A stretch of DNA of 64,000 bases from Centroscyllium fabricii (taxonomy: Eukaryota), in assembly GCA_051313645.2 (NCBI GenBank), contig JBNRSN020000017.1:38750001-38814000 (forward strand). Direction: 5' to 3'. Below, piece after piece: positions 50,711-62,739 of this stretch. The notes under the pieces are model-generated. The model was not told where the DNA came from. It ran no database searches and saw only the letters and a list, made by a program, of their open reading frames with translations. The first letter of the stretch is position 1. Each line of letters begins with the position of its first letter. The translations under genes and the position numbers were made by a program.

Positions 50711-52829
50711 ATTTAAAATAAAACTGTTGGACTATAATCTGGTGTTGTGTGACTTCTTACAATTGTCCACCCCAGTCCAACACCGGCACCTCCACATCAT
50801 TGTTTATCTGTGTCATGGGGTTATATTTAAAGACTCCGTTATGCACTTTTCAAATGTATCACAACTCACAGCTCATGACTGCTGCATAGAGCTCTTGGTA
50901 TCTTAGGATGTGTTGGACACAACAACAGCACAGTGCTACTTCATGGCCATGTCCTCTCTCTGCCACACAAAGCTTAGGCCAAAGATACCTATATCCTTGA
51001 GAATGACCTCAGCCAGAGGATTGATTACCAGAACAAACAGGAGTGGCGACAGTTAGCAACTTGATAAGGTGCTCTTCACAAAGTAAAACAATCAATGCCT
51101 TTCTTTTGGTGCAATTATGTGACATTTAAACCCAACGTCTAATATCTCTACTGGAACAACTAGACTTACTAAGCAGCACATCAATGTCGCAGGTTAACTT
51201 AGTTAATTTCAAAGGTATTCTAAAGAATTTTATTTTTTCCTACATACACTATAAACCTCTCTGTATCAACACTGGTTAATTGAATCATCCAATTAGTGAG
51301 ATTATTTTTTTTTTAAATAATTTATTGTACAAGACTATTTTATTGTATAAAACATATATTTAGTGTGCTCAGTTCCAACTTGGTTAGTGTGATCAGTTAT
51401 TTGATAATTTACACCAAATGCACAATAAGGTAAATCAAAATGTGTTACTCAGGTTTTATAGTGAAATGTGGTTCTCAAAAGGAATACTTAAACTAAGAAA
51501 AAAAGAAAAGGCAGGTCAATGTTTCAGTTCTGATGAAGCATCTACATGTAAATAATTAACCTGCTGTTTCTCTTTTCAGATGTTACTGGGCCCACTGTGT
51601 CCTTATTTCAGATTTCCATTTGCAGCTTTTGCATTTTTCCTCTACTCTTTATGCCATACAGTTAACTTGCTGAGAATTTAAAGTTAACTGTAAATTGAAA
51701 AAGCAGAAGTCTATTGTAACAACAATACAAAATGTTTCGGGAACAAAATTATTAGTTCAGTTAATGAAAGCATAACTTGGTTAGTACATCAAAACAAGTG
51801 CTCCCAAGGGCGATCTCATTAAGAAGCGTATACTGTATTATGTGGTTAGTGTGTATTGTAATGTTTTGGTAATGTTTCACTGAATCTCAAGGGGATAACT
51901 AATGTTTCACTGTATGAACTTTTTAACAGCATTATAAATCCTATTTAGGTTTACACTTGAAAGGTTCCTCCCTTCCATGTTTGGATTATTCCAGAAACAG
52001 CTGGCATTAGATCTTTATGTATGGTCTTTCTGAGCAGGAGGATACTTGAGAATGTTGGTTCAGGCATGCCTCAAACTCCTGATAGGATCTTCTCATGTTA
52101 TCAAATGTTATTCTAAATTGGGCAGAACTGAATTACTGATATGTAAACATGTTCAAAATTGAATTTGAGAGTTTACTTGAATTATTCATTTTGGTTTTAT
52201 ATATTGAGTTTGATAAAAGAATAAAAGAACAGTATTAATTTTAGAGAAAAAAGGTATAATATTAATTTCAAGGTTTCTAAGCGATTAGTTTACTTGTTAA
52301 GTGAAAAGTAATAGAAAAAATCTTCATTAAAATAGAGAAAAAAATCTCACACTGGTAGATAAGTTTGATATTAAAAGGTAAGCAAAAATTATACTATCAT
52401 GAACATTTGGACAAGCCTATTAGTCTAGTTGGGTATGGAAGATAAGTCTAGGTTTAAAAATGATTGGTCTTCACAAGAAAATTACATAAACTTAGAAAGA
52501 TTAGTGATGTGTTGCTTCTGTTTTAGTACTAGAAATTTCAATATTTAAGCCTTCATTGAAGCTGTCTACTGAAGCTGGCCAGGTCAGTGTACAGGGTTCC
52601 TTAGACTTCAAAGAGAACACAGATACATTCCTGCTAACCAGACTGCCAAAGACCGGGTGCACACTTACTACTACATTGCCTGGGACTGTATGTATATTTA
52701 CCACCAGACCATCTGGGAACAGACATAACTAACTCAATAAACTGCCATAGGTTCAATGTATATTCACTCCAAGACTATCATAGATCAGACACATATCATG
52801 AGATTAACAAGAATTGGATGCATATGGAA

Positions 52830-53810
52830 CAACAATAATTTGGGGCTAATACAGTACTTTTAATGTAGAAAATGCTTCACAAAAAGGCACAACAACAATG
52901 GGCACTGAACCAGGAAGGAAGAGCTTCGGAGGAACGGCCAAAAGCTAAGTTGAGCAGATGAATATTGAGTAGGTTTTTAAAGAGAGATGTAGAAATGGAA
53001 AGGTTTAGAAAGCAAGTTCCAATGCGTAGGATGAAGACCCTGCCACCAATGGTGGGTCAAAGGAAAGGGAAGATGCACAGAAGGCCAGAGTCAGATGAAT
53101 GCAGTGTTCAGAAGGGCACAAAGAGTTGAAGGATATTGGAGATGGGTTTATAATCAAGGACAGGCATTTTGAAGTAAATGCTTTGGATGACAAGCAACCA
53201 GTGTAGGTCAGTGAGGACAGCTGGATGAACAAGACTTAATACAGCTGATTTTTGGACATTGGAGGGTGGAAGATGAGAGGCAGCAAGGAAAGCATTAGAG
53301 TAGTTGACTTTGGAGGTGACAAAGGCATGTTTAAGGGTTTCAATGGCAGAGGGATAGAGATAGGGGTGGATCTGGGCACTATTGCAGAGGTGTAATTAAG
53401 CAGTCCTGAGATGGATAGAATGTGAGCTTTAAAGCTCAGTTCAGGATTGAATGCCAAGATTGTGAATAGTGTGTTTTAGAATGAGAGAGTGATGGGAAAG
53501 AGGGTGAAGTCAATGGCAAGGAAGCAGAGTTTGTGACAAGGCTTCAGTCTTCCCTGATGTTGAACTGGATGAAGTTGTGGCAAATCCAGGACTTGATGTT
53601 GGACAACAGTCTGACTGCACAGAGGGAATCAAGAGGTCATGGGAAGTGGTGGAGAGGTAACGCTCGGTATCATTAGTGTATCATGTGAAAGCTGACTTGA
53701 TGCCAGTGAATGATATCATGGAGGGGTAGCATGCACATGAGGAGAACGGAGCAAAGGATGGAGCCCTGGGGAACCCTAGAGGTGATAGTTTGCGGAGGGA
53801 AGAGATAGCC
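52830..53810 (-). mobile_element. Decayed L2 LINE fragment
   Basis: Minus-strand translations VPQGSIL..MLPLHDII..HQVSFH and FNPELSFKAHI. Confidence 0.75.
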
Positions 53811-54756
53811 AGAACACAAACACATACTTACAATGAAACTGCCAAGGGTCAAATGCATAATTCGATGAATAATCACAACTAAATTTCCTGGACACCTTTT
53901 TAACCAACTTCTTCATTCTCAGGGATTCAATGAATACTCACCATTACGGGTTATATTTTCCTATGCCCAGTAACTTCAGAGCCAAAGGTAGTAATGAATA
54001 AATATTGGATTCCTGCCCTTCCGAAAATGGAATGATAAGCTTATTGAAAAGTGAATACGAAGACTGTTACTTTGATGGTTCCGGCCTTGTTACAAGGCCA
54101 TTGTTTATGAACTCACGTAGCATTCTACAGCTGCACAGTCAAATTGAAAAGGAAGTTTTTTATTTGAGGCTAAAGCTGGAGTTAGTGAGCTGAATAGGAA
54201 GCACAATTGCTTCGGGAAGGGGGATTCGGGAGAAAGACTCTAAATGTGCTGCATATTATACTGTGGCTCTGCTCGGGCACTAGACACAGTCTCAGCATGC
54301 AGCGTCCATTCATAAAATTGACCCTCAGATGTACATACATTACTCTCATTAATACATCGCAATTTTGAAACATTTTGATATTTGTTTTAATACAGTTTTG
54401 TTTTGTGCTAAAACTCATTCCTGTGATAAAGGCTCTGATATCCACACTGCACTTTGTTCATTATTAATTACATATTTTTTGAGTTAAAATGGCAATATAC
54501 TTATCCTGATATTCATTACACTTGGTTCCTATGATGAGAAAATAGATTGCGATGGCTTTAATTTAATTTCCCCAAGAAGCCTTGTTTCACATTATAAATG
54601 TTCTAAGGATGAAAGTTAGATACACTATTTCAAGCCATTTCTAACAAAGGTTTCGAGAATGCTAATAAACAAACCTCCCCCCATAGGAGAGTTAGCTTTT
54701 AAGGCATAAAGGAGATTGTTTCAATCCAAGACAAAATGTTGACATATCACAGAGTA

Positions 54757-55288
54757 CAATCTAAGGAAGGACGTTCTTGCCATGGAGGGAGTGCAGAGAA
54801 GATTCACCAGGCTGATACCTGGGATGGCAGGATTGACGTATGAGGGGAGACTGGGTAGACTGGGTTTGTACTCTCTGGAGTTTAGAAGTTTGAGAGGGGA
54901 TCTCATCGAAACGTATAAAATTCTAACTGGTCTGGACAAACTTGATGCAGGAAGAATGTTCCCGATGATCGGAGAGTCCAGAACCAGGGGTCATAGTCTA
55001 AGGATAAGGGGTAACTCATTTAGGACAGAGATGAGGAGGAATTTCTTCACCCAGAGAGTGGTGAACCTGTGGAATTCTCTACCACAGAGGGCGGTGGAGG
55101 CTAGTTCATTGAATATATTCAAGAAGGAGCTGGATGTATTTCTTAAGGCTAGAGGGATCAAGGGATATGGGGAGAGGGCAGGGACAGGGTACTGAGTTTG
55201 AATGATCAGCCATGATCTCATTGAATGGCGGAGCAGGCTCGAGGGGCCGAATGGCCTACTCCTGCTCCTATCTTCTATGTTTCTATGT
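54757..55288 (+). mobile_element. 5'-truncated CR1 LINE
   Basis: ORF 54782..55195 (EGVQRRFTRLIPG..GDLIETYKIL..RRNFFTQRVVNLWNSLP); (TTTCTATG)n tail. Confidence 0.92.
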
Positions 55289-56088
55289 ATCAGATTGGTG
55301 ACAACAAGGAAGGCTGAAGAAAACTATATATCAAGTACTAAGCATGCAAATTGGACCGTCCACTTGTTTTTAGGGCAACAAAAAACTTTTCCCATGATAA
55401 ATGATCGATTTTAGCCTTTCTCAGCTAATATGTGCTACTTTTATTACCCATCAGATGTGAACTTGGCTGGAGTTTTAAAAGGTAAGTAACAAAAGCTTTT
55501 TCGTGAACTAATTTAACAGTATAAATTCAGACTATTTGAGACAAGTTAGCTGCTTTATATTTACTTTGCAAAACTGCCATCACATTTTTATCCAAGGAGT
55601 GTCACACACGGAGAGAAAGGGATAATGAAAATGGTGCACATTAACAGCGAGCGGCTCATTCAACCAATGGGTAGTGATTCATTGAAATTAAAATATTTGG
55701 GGTATTTGTGTGAAGATAAATAGCAGGTTTATTTAAAGTGACAACTATTTTTTCCAATAGAAACCTTTTTCTGCTATAAATTATTTAAACATATATATTT
55801 TTAAGAAGCAGCAGTTTTCTGTGATTGAATTATTTTATTTCAGTGGCAAATCATAGATTATAAATCTTGCATTAATTTGACAGGAGGATTAAATTCATTT
55901 CAAAAGTTAATGCTCTTCTTTTCAGGTCACTGGACGAATCCTTGGCTTAGAACACAGGCAGTCAACTGGCACCTGGGCCACCCATTAGCGCTGTTTTGTT
56001 GAGTAAGATTTGCCAGGGGAGACTCACTGGTTGCTCCACCCCTCTCTGTGTTGAAGTCCTTTTGCTTGGCTCCTATCTCTAACAACCC

Positions 56089-56325
56089 TGACGTATCGTC
56101 AATTAAAACGCAAAGACGAGTAGTTACCTAAACTACAGGCTTTTATTAACTAACAATGGAGCTGGTCTCCTGATGAGTTCAAGGTGAAGAATGAGCGGGG
56201 GCAGGGCAGCCCTCACCTATATGCTCCGACCTGAGGGGAGGAGTTAGGGGTGTGGCTGACCTGGCCTACAATACAATACCAAGGTGCCATCAACTATTTA
56301 CAGTGGTATTTACACGATTACCACA
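56089..56325 (-). mobile_element. Solo LTR (Gypsy-like, TGTGGT..TCA type)
   Basis: Minus strand TGTGGTAATC...AATAAAA...TACGTCA; TSD AACCC at 56084-56088 and 56326-56330. Confidence 0.85.
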
Positions 56326-56574
56326 AACCCCAAGTGAGATTGACCATTTTCCATGTGGGAAATTATGGGCATGAACCCATTTTCTAACTCTCTGTTACTT
56401 CTTTTGAAGAATATTTTCCCTATGTGGGTTTTAAAGAAATGTTTTAGGAGAAATATTAACATGTCATTTTTCATTTGGGCAAGTCATTATGTTAATGTCA
56501 CAGTGAACTGAGTATATGTCAAGAAACCTCAGTCAGTGTTTTTCTTTGTTATATACTCTTCCAACTGCACTTAT

Positions 56575-59105
56575 GAAATCCTAACTGTCCAGCCTCTGGC
56601 CCTCCATTCACGATGACATTTCTGCAGCTACCAATCTGCTCAACCACACCCTCACCACTATCCTTGATGCCATAGTATCTACTAAAACCCACTCTCAGCC
56701 TGGCCATGCCCCCTGGTACGGCCCTCATCTTCGCTTACTTAAGTCCAAAGGACGCAGACTCGAACGGATATGGCAGACAACTGGTTTAGCCATTCACCGC
56801 CAGATCTGGCTGGACCACATAAAGCACTATCAGGCCCTGCTCTCATCTGCCAAAATTGATCACTGTTCCAGAATCATTCTGGAATGCAAAGATAAACCCC
56901 GGCTCCTATTCTCCACTGCTAACCATCTTCTTAAACCTTTTTTCCGTCTCCTCCACCCTCACCTCCGATAACAAGTGTCAATTGATCATGGACTTCTTTG
57001 TCTCTAAGATTGAGACCATCCGTTCAGCTGCCTCATTGATGTACCGTCAATAAGGCCAAAGACGAAGAGTGAACCTTAACTATACGGCTTTTATTCACTG
57101 AAGAATGGAGCGTGTCTCGGCTGAGCTCAGAGATGTACTGACCGGGGGAGGGGGAGTGGTCACCTAAGTACCTGAGCCCGGAGGAGGGGTCAGAGGTGGG
57201 GTCAGCCGGGGCAAGCTCCTACAAGCGTTAACATACAGGTATTTACAGATATATACATAGTCAGCAGCAAGGTATTTACAGATACAGTACGGTAGTACGA
57301 CAGTGGTATAACATTACTGCTAATGGTTTACCACACTCTGCCACTTCCCTTCCTTCCCCTAGCCAACCGGGCCAAACTTCCTCTAAGGTTCCCACCTGCC
57401 CTACCCCTGAACTCACATCTTTCTCCAGTTTCTCTCCGATCTCATGACCTCTCTAAGCTCATCTTGTTGATGAGATCCACCTCCTGCTCCCTCGACGCTA
57501 TTCCCACCAAACTGCCGAGCACACAACTTCCTTTTCTGGCTCCCATATTAGCTGAATTTGTTAACAGTTCTCTCTCCTCAGGTACTGTCCCCCTCTCCCT
57601 CAAATCTGCCATCATCACCCCTCTCCTCAAAAACCCAAACATTGATCCCGCCGTCCTTGCAAACTATCGCCCCATCTCCAACCTCCCTTTCCTCTCCAAA
57701 GTCCTTGAACATGTTGTGGCCTCCCAAATCCGTGCCCATCTTTCCCACAATTCCATGTTTGAATCCCTCCAATCAGGTTTCCGCCTTTGCCACAGTACCG
57801 CAACGGCTCCCATCAAAGTCACAAATTACATCCTTTGTGACTGTGACAGAGGTAAACAATCCCTTCTTGTCCTTCTTGACTTATCTGCAGCCTTTGACAT
57901 GGTTGACCATTCCATCCACTCCAACGCCTCTCCACCGTTGTTTAGCTGGGTGGGACTGCACTCGCCTGGTTCCATTCTTATCTATCTAATCGTAACCATA
58001 GAATCACCTCCAATGGTTTCTCTTCCCACTCCCGCATCATTACCTCTGGTGTCCCCAAGGATCTATCCTTGGCTCCCTCCTATTTCTCATCTACATGTTG
58101 CCTCTTGGCAACATCATCCGAAAACACAGCGTCAGTTTCCTCATGTACGCTGATGACTTCCAGCTCTATCTCACTACCTCTTCTCTTGACCCCTCCACAG
58201 TATCTAAATTGTCAGACTGCTTGTCTGACATACAGTTCTGGATGTGCAAAAAATTTCTCCAATTAAATATTGGGAAAACCAAAGCCATTGTTTTTGGTCC
58301 ACGCCACAAACTCCATTCCCTAGCCACTGACTCCATCCCTCTCCCAAACATCTGTCTGAAGCTGAACCACACTGTTCGCAAACCTGGTGTCATATTTGAC
58401 CCTGAAATTAGCTTCCGACCACATATCCGCAGCATAACAATGACTGCCTACTTCCATCTCCGTAACATCGCCCGTCTCCGCCTATGCCTCAGCTCCTCCG
58501 CTGCTGAAACCCTCATCCATGCCTTTGTTGCCTCTAGACTTGACTATTCCAACACACTCCTGGCTGGCCTCCCACATTCTACCCTACGTAAACTTGAGGT
58601 CATCCAAAACTCGGCTGCCTGTGTCCTGACTCACACCAAGTCCTGTTCGCCCATCACCCCTGTGCTCGCTGACCTACATTGGCTCCCAGTTTAGCAATGC
58701 CTCGATTTAAAAATTCTCCTCCTTGTTTTCAAATCCCTCCATGGCCTCATCCCTCCCTATCTCTGTAATCTCCTTCAGCCCCACAACCCCCCGAGATATC
58801 TGCGCTCCTCTAATTCTGCCCTCTTGAGCATCCCTGATTATAATCATTCAACTTTTGGTGGCCGTGCCTTCTGTTGCCTGGGCACTAAGCTCTGGAATTC
58901 CCTGCCTAAACCTGTCCGCTTCGCTACCTCTCTTTCCTCCTTTAAGACGTTCCTTAAAACCTACCTCTTTGACCAAGCTTTTGGTCACCTGCCCTAATTT
59001 ATCCTTATGTAGATCGGTGTCAAATTTTTTGTCTTAAAATAGTCCTGTGAAGTGCCTTGGGAAGTTTTACTACGTTAAAGGCGCTATATAAATACAAGTT
59101 GTTGC
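56575..59105 (+). mobile_element. L2 LINE, 5'-truncated, RT frameshifted
   Basis: NYRPISNLPFLSKVLE..QSGFR..HST..LLDLSAAFD..YADDFQLY..SRLDYSN..LHWLPV; tail TAAAGGCGCTATATAAATACAAGTTGTTG. Confidence 0.92.
57037..57335 (-). mobile_element. Solo LTR (Gypsy-like) inserted in L2
   Basis: Minus strand TGTGGTAAACC...AATAAAAG...TACATCA; flanks CTCAT / CTCTG (imperfect TSD); similar to 56089-56325. Confidence 0.8.
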
Positions 59106-59149
59106 TCTTATACCCTGTCAAAAAGGAGAATGCCTAATGCACTCCTCAA

Positions 59150-59480
59150 GGGTTAATGTGGAACTGAGTGAAAAAGGCCAGAGGTCCTAGGTTCAATCCC
59201 TGGCCTGTGCTGAAATAGCTGGCAGCATTGTTACATATGCCTTCAGCTGCCCTGAAATAAGGAGGAAATAAAATTGGCCAAAGTTCTCATTCTTGATTGC
59301 TGTCCAATGATAACTGCTGAAAAGTTTGTATGTATGGATGTCAGAGAAAGGACATCACTGAGCTTGACTGTGATGTTCATCATGATCAGCCCAATGGGCA
59401 TTGGGTAAGGTACAAAAAGGCAGCCTGTGCGTGTGATACTGTACCATGAGTCTAGCATGAGTTAATGCTGGCAGGAGAGG
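59150..59480 (+). mobile_element. Ancient tRNA-derived SINE (AmnSINE2-like by recall)
   Basis: B box GGTTCAATCCC followed by GGCCTGTGCTGAAATAGCTG; family assignment unverified. Confidence 0.4.
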
Positions 59481-59961
59481 AGAGGTCAAAACCAAAAAAA
59501 ATGCAAGGGTGGCCTTATCAAACTACTTCTAGGAATGGTTCTCGAGTCATTGGTCTCAGAAAGCTCTACCAGAAAACTAACAGTGAAGGGGGCAATTCTA
59601 GCAATGGAATAGTTCCTTGGATAATTGGTAGATGAGTAGTCTGTGTATCTAACTAGAAGGTGGAGCATAATAATGAATAACATGATGATTGACGCACATT
59701 GGAGACAGAAAATAAAAAAGAGCAATGGACAAGAACGTCAAACATTTTCAGCCATTATGGTACAGCAACTGTCAAAATGTGCTTTTTGGTGCAATTGTCC
59801 TAATATCATGTTAATTATGTTTTCACTGCTAATGGGGAATAAGCCAGAAAATTGAAAAAATATGCCAGTCAAGAGATCATGAGAGTCCTCCTATACATAG
59901 GCATGCTGCTGTGGTATATGTGCAATTCTTGGCAGTTGTTTCTAGAGACCAACGAATGGAC

Positions 59962-60740
59962 GACACGGTGGCGCAGTGGTTAGCACTGCTGCCTCGCAAT
60001 AAGGAGCTCCTGGGTTTGAATCCTGCTTGGCCCGAGACACCTCTGCGTGGAGTTTGCATGTTCTCGGGCGGCATGGTGGCATAGTGGTTAGCACTGTTGT
60101 CTCACAGCACTGGAGACCCGGGTTCAAATCCAGCCTCGGGTACTATCTGTGTGGAGTTTGCACATTCTCCCCGTGTCTGCGTGGGTTTCCTCTGGGTACT
60201 CCGGTTTCCTCCCACAGTTCAAAGATGTGCGGGTTAGGTAGATTGGCCATGATAAATTGACCCTTAGTGTTAGGGGTATTGAATATGTGGGGTTACGGGG
60301 ATAGGGTGGGATATGTGTCGGTGCAGGCTCGATAGGGATCGAGTGATATGGGGAGAGGGTAGGGGCGGGGTGCTGGGTTTGGATGATCAGCCATGATCTC
60401 ATTGAATGGCGGAGCAGGCTGGAAGGGCCGAATGTCCTACTCCTGCTCCTATCTTCTGTGTTTCTGTGTTTCTCCCTGTGTTCGTGTGGGTTTCCTCCGG
60501 GTACTCCGGTTTCCTCCCACCTCCCAAAGACATGCAGGCTAGGTGAATTGGAGATATTAAAAATTGCCCATGAGTATGTGTGTGAGATATCATTCTTAGA
60601 GTTGGGGGTGTCGGGGGATGTGGGGAGAGGGTAGGAGGGGGTTGCTGGGTTTGGATGATCAGCCATGATCTCATCAAATGGCGGAGCAGGCTCGAAGGGC
60701 CGAATGGCCTACTCCTGCTCCTATCTTCTGTGTTTCTGTG
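59962..60740 (+). mobile_element. V-SINE with a second V-SINE (60066-60469) nested in its V-domain
   Basis: Host reads ..GGAGTTTGCATGTTCTC / CCTGTGTTCGTGTGGGTTTCC; TSD TTCTC at 60061-60065 and 60470-60474. Confidence 0.85.
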
Positions 60741-61381
60741 GAACCACAGATACAGCTGAAGAAATTACAATTAGGAAATTGTATTGCAACCTTGGAAAAA
60801 TATGGGGAACTATTGAAACCTTCTCGCCATAATAAGAATGAAGATTCCCATTACAAAGAACTGTTTCAGTAAATAGCTTATTTACTTGTGCTGTGTTACC
60901 TTAAACATTAGGGTCGCGAACGTCGACACCTTAGCGCCGCCGGTTAAGGTTGTTTTGGAGGTCTGCGCTGGTCACCATCTTGGTGAGGGTGATACTGTGG
61001 GCGGGCGGGCGGTGCGTGTGCTGGCAGTATGCAGAGTAGGCAGACTATGACATCAGTCAGGGTGTAACGCGGATTTGATGCACAACTTGCCATTTTTGAC
61101 ATCACTGTTCCAAACAACGCCCTCTCCTAAACACGCACAGCTGAACATGCGTTCAGCTGCACGCGGGCCCCCCCCCACCACCAGCGTAATTTAAATGGAT
61201 ACATCCAACTTGCAGGTAAGTTGATTATTTCTCTTGCACCGGCTCTTACAGGATTTATATAAATACTGGCTTGCTGGAGGACATTTATAATGTTGTTGAA
61301 GTGTGCAGGGTGTGCTGCTGGAGGTTTGGAAGTCATTGACTGCTACTGGAAGGCCTCTCAGTATACTGCTTGCTCCCAGTC

Positions 61382-62554
61382 ATGGGGGCTCTACTTGCAG
61401 TCCTCCTCACGCTGCAGCATGACAGGGAGATGGAGCAGAGGCATCAAAGTCAAGCTGCTCACAGAGGGAGGAGGAGAAGGGGAGAAGGGCTCTCAGCAGG
61501 AGGCCTTACCCACCTAGGGTTTTCAGGGAGCACTGCACCTAAGCTAGGAGCAGTGGGTTCGGCAGCTCTGCTTCGCCAAGGAGGTGGTCACAGAACTTTG
61601 CCACCTCTTGGAACAAGACCTGCAGCCTCAGAGCAGGGCAACGATGGTTCTGCCAGTGGCCCTCAAGGTGACCGTGGCCCTGAATTTTTTCACCAGCGGA
61701 TCCTTCAAGGCTGGAACCGGCGACATCTCGCAATGCGCCGTCCATCGCTGCATCTGGGAAGTCACAGAGGCTCTGTACTCAAGGAGAAGGTACTTCATTG
61801 TCTTCTCTCTAAACAGAAAGAAGCAGGTGGAGTGTGCACGTGGCTTTGCCAGGATATCGGGCTTTCCCATGGTGAAGGGCGCCATTGACTGCACACACAT
61901 GGCTTTGTGGGCGCCGCATATCAATGCTGAGATGTACCATAACTGCAAAGGGTATCACTCACCTAATGTGTAGTTGGTGTGCGTCCACGCACAGCCCATC
62001 ATGATGGTGAATCCCCGGTATCCTGGCAGCAGTCATGATGCCTTCATCCTGAACCAGTCTGCTGTGCCAGCAATCTTCCAGCCACCACATTGAACCCGAG
62101 GGTGGCTCCTACGTGACAAGGGCTATCACTCTACAGTTGGCGGATGACTCTTCTCCGCAACCATGCGTGGCCAGTAATCATATAATGACAGCCATGCTGC
62201 TATGAGAAATCTCATCGAATAGACCATTGGGGTGCTCAAGCAATGGTTCCGCTGCCTTGGCCGCTCAGGAGGAGCTCTCCAGTATGCACAGGAGCGAGTG
62301 TCACAATTCGTGGTGGTGGGCTGCGTCCTCTACAACTTGGCCATCATGAGGGTGCAGTCCTTGCCACCACGGGTTCGGTGACCACCTCAGGAGGAGGAGG
62401 AGCAGGAGGAGGAGGAGGAAGAAGAAGAGGAGGAGAAGAGGAGCAGGAGGTGGAAGAGGAGGAGGAGGAGGAAGAGGAAGGGAGGAGGCAGCCTGCAAAT
62501 TCCCATTCTAGATGGACTGTCTGTCAGCATACCATCAGACTCTGCTTCCCCTGA
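61382..62554 (+). pseudogene. Harbinger (HARBI1-like, DDE) transposase pseudogene
   Basis: KVTVALNFFTSGSF..GFPMVKGAIDCTH..NCKGYHS..PGSSHDAFIL..DKGY..IE*TIGVLK..FRCL..LYN; several stops and frameshifts; Glu-rich (GGA)n tail. Confidence 0.9.
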
Positions 62555-62739
62555 ATAAAACCCTACATCCCCATTGCTCAATACGTCCCCAACTTACCAT
62601 CTCTCTGTCACGGAACATCACAGCGTCCTCTTGGCCACAATGCTGAAATGAAAGCCACCACAAAACAAGCTTTGCAAACATAATTTATAAATAATTAATT
62701 CCAATATTACATTATAAAATCAACTAATCACACCTGTGC

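Larger units (their letters stand above)
50231..50799 (+). mobile_element. Penelope-like fold-back insertion, copy F, retaining the ORF C-terminus
   Basis: Inverted arm 50231-50327, then RDTRQRKIVEQRLIAKFRTHEDGLNRDIGFMSRYM* (GIY-YIG C-terminal E..LI..F....GLN.D pattern), 3' region, hammerhead and tail; 12-bp TSD TTGTTTATCTGT at 50219-50230 and 50800-50811. Confidence 0.9.

Noticed and set aside
18326-50799. Recurring ~100-bp sequence as a CRISPR array or TIR DNA transposon
   Set aside because: Copies are dispersed with no spacers; asymmetric arms, 12-14 bp TSDs, hammerheads and a GIY-YIG remnant point to a Penelope-like retroelement
61584-61973. Host HARBI1 gene
   Set aside because: Multiple stops and frameshifts, no introns, convergent second ORF: a transposon fossil
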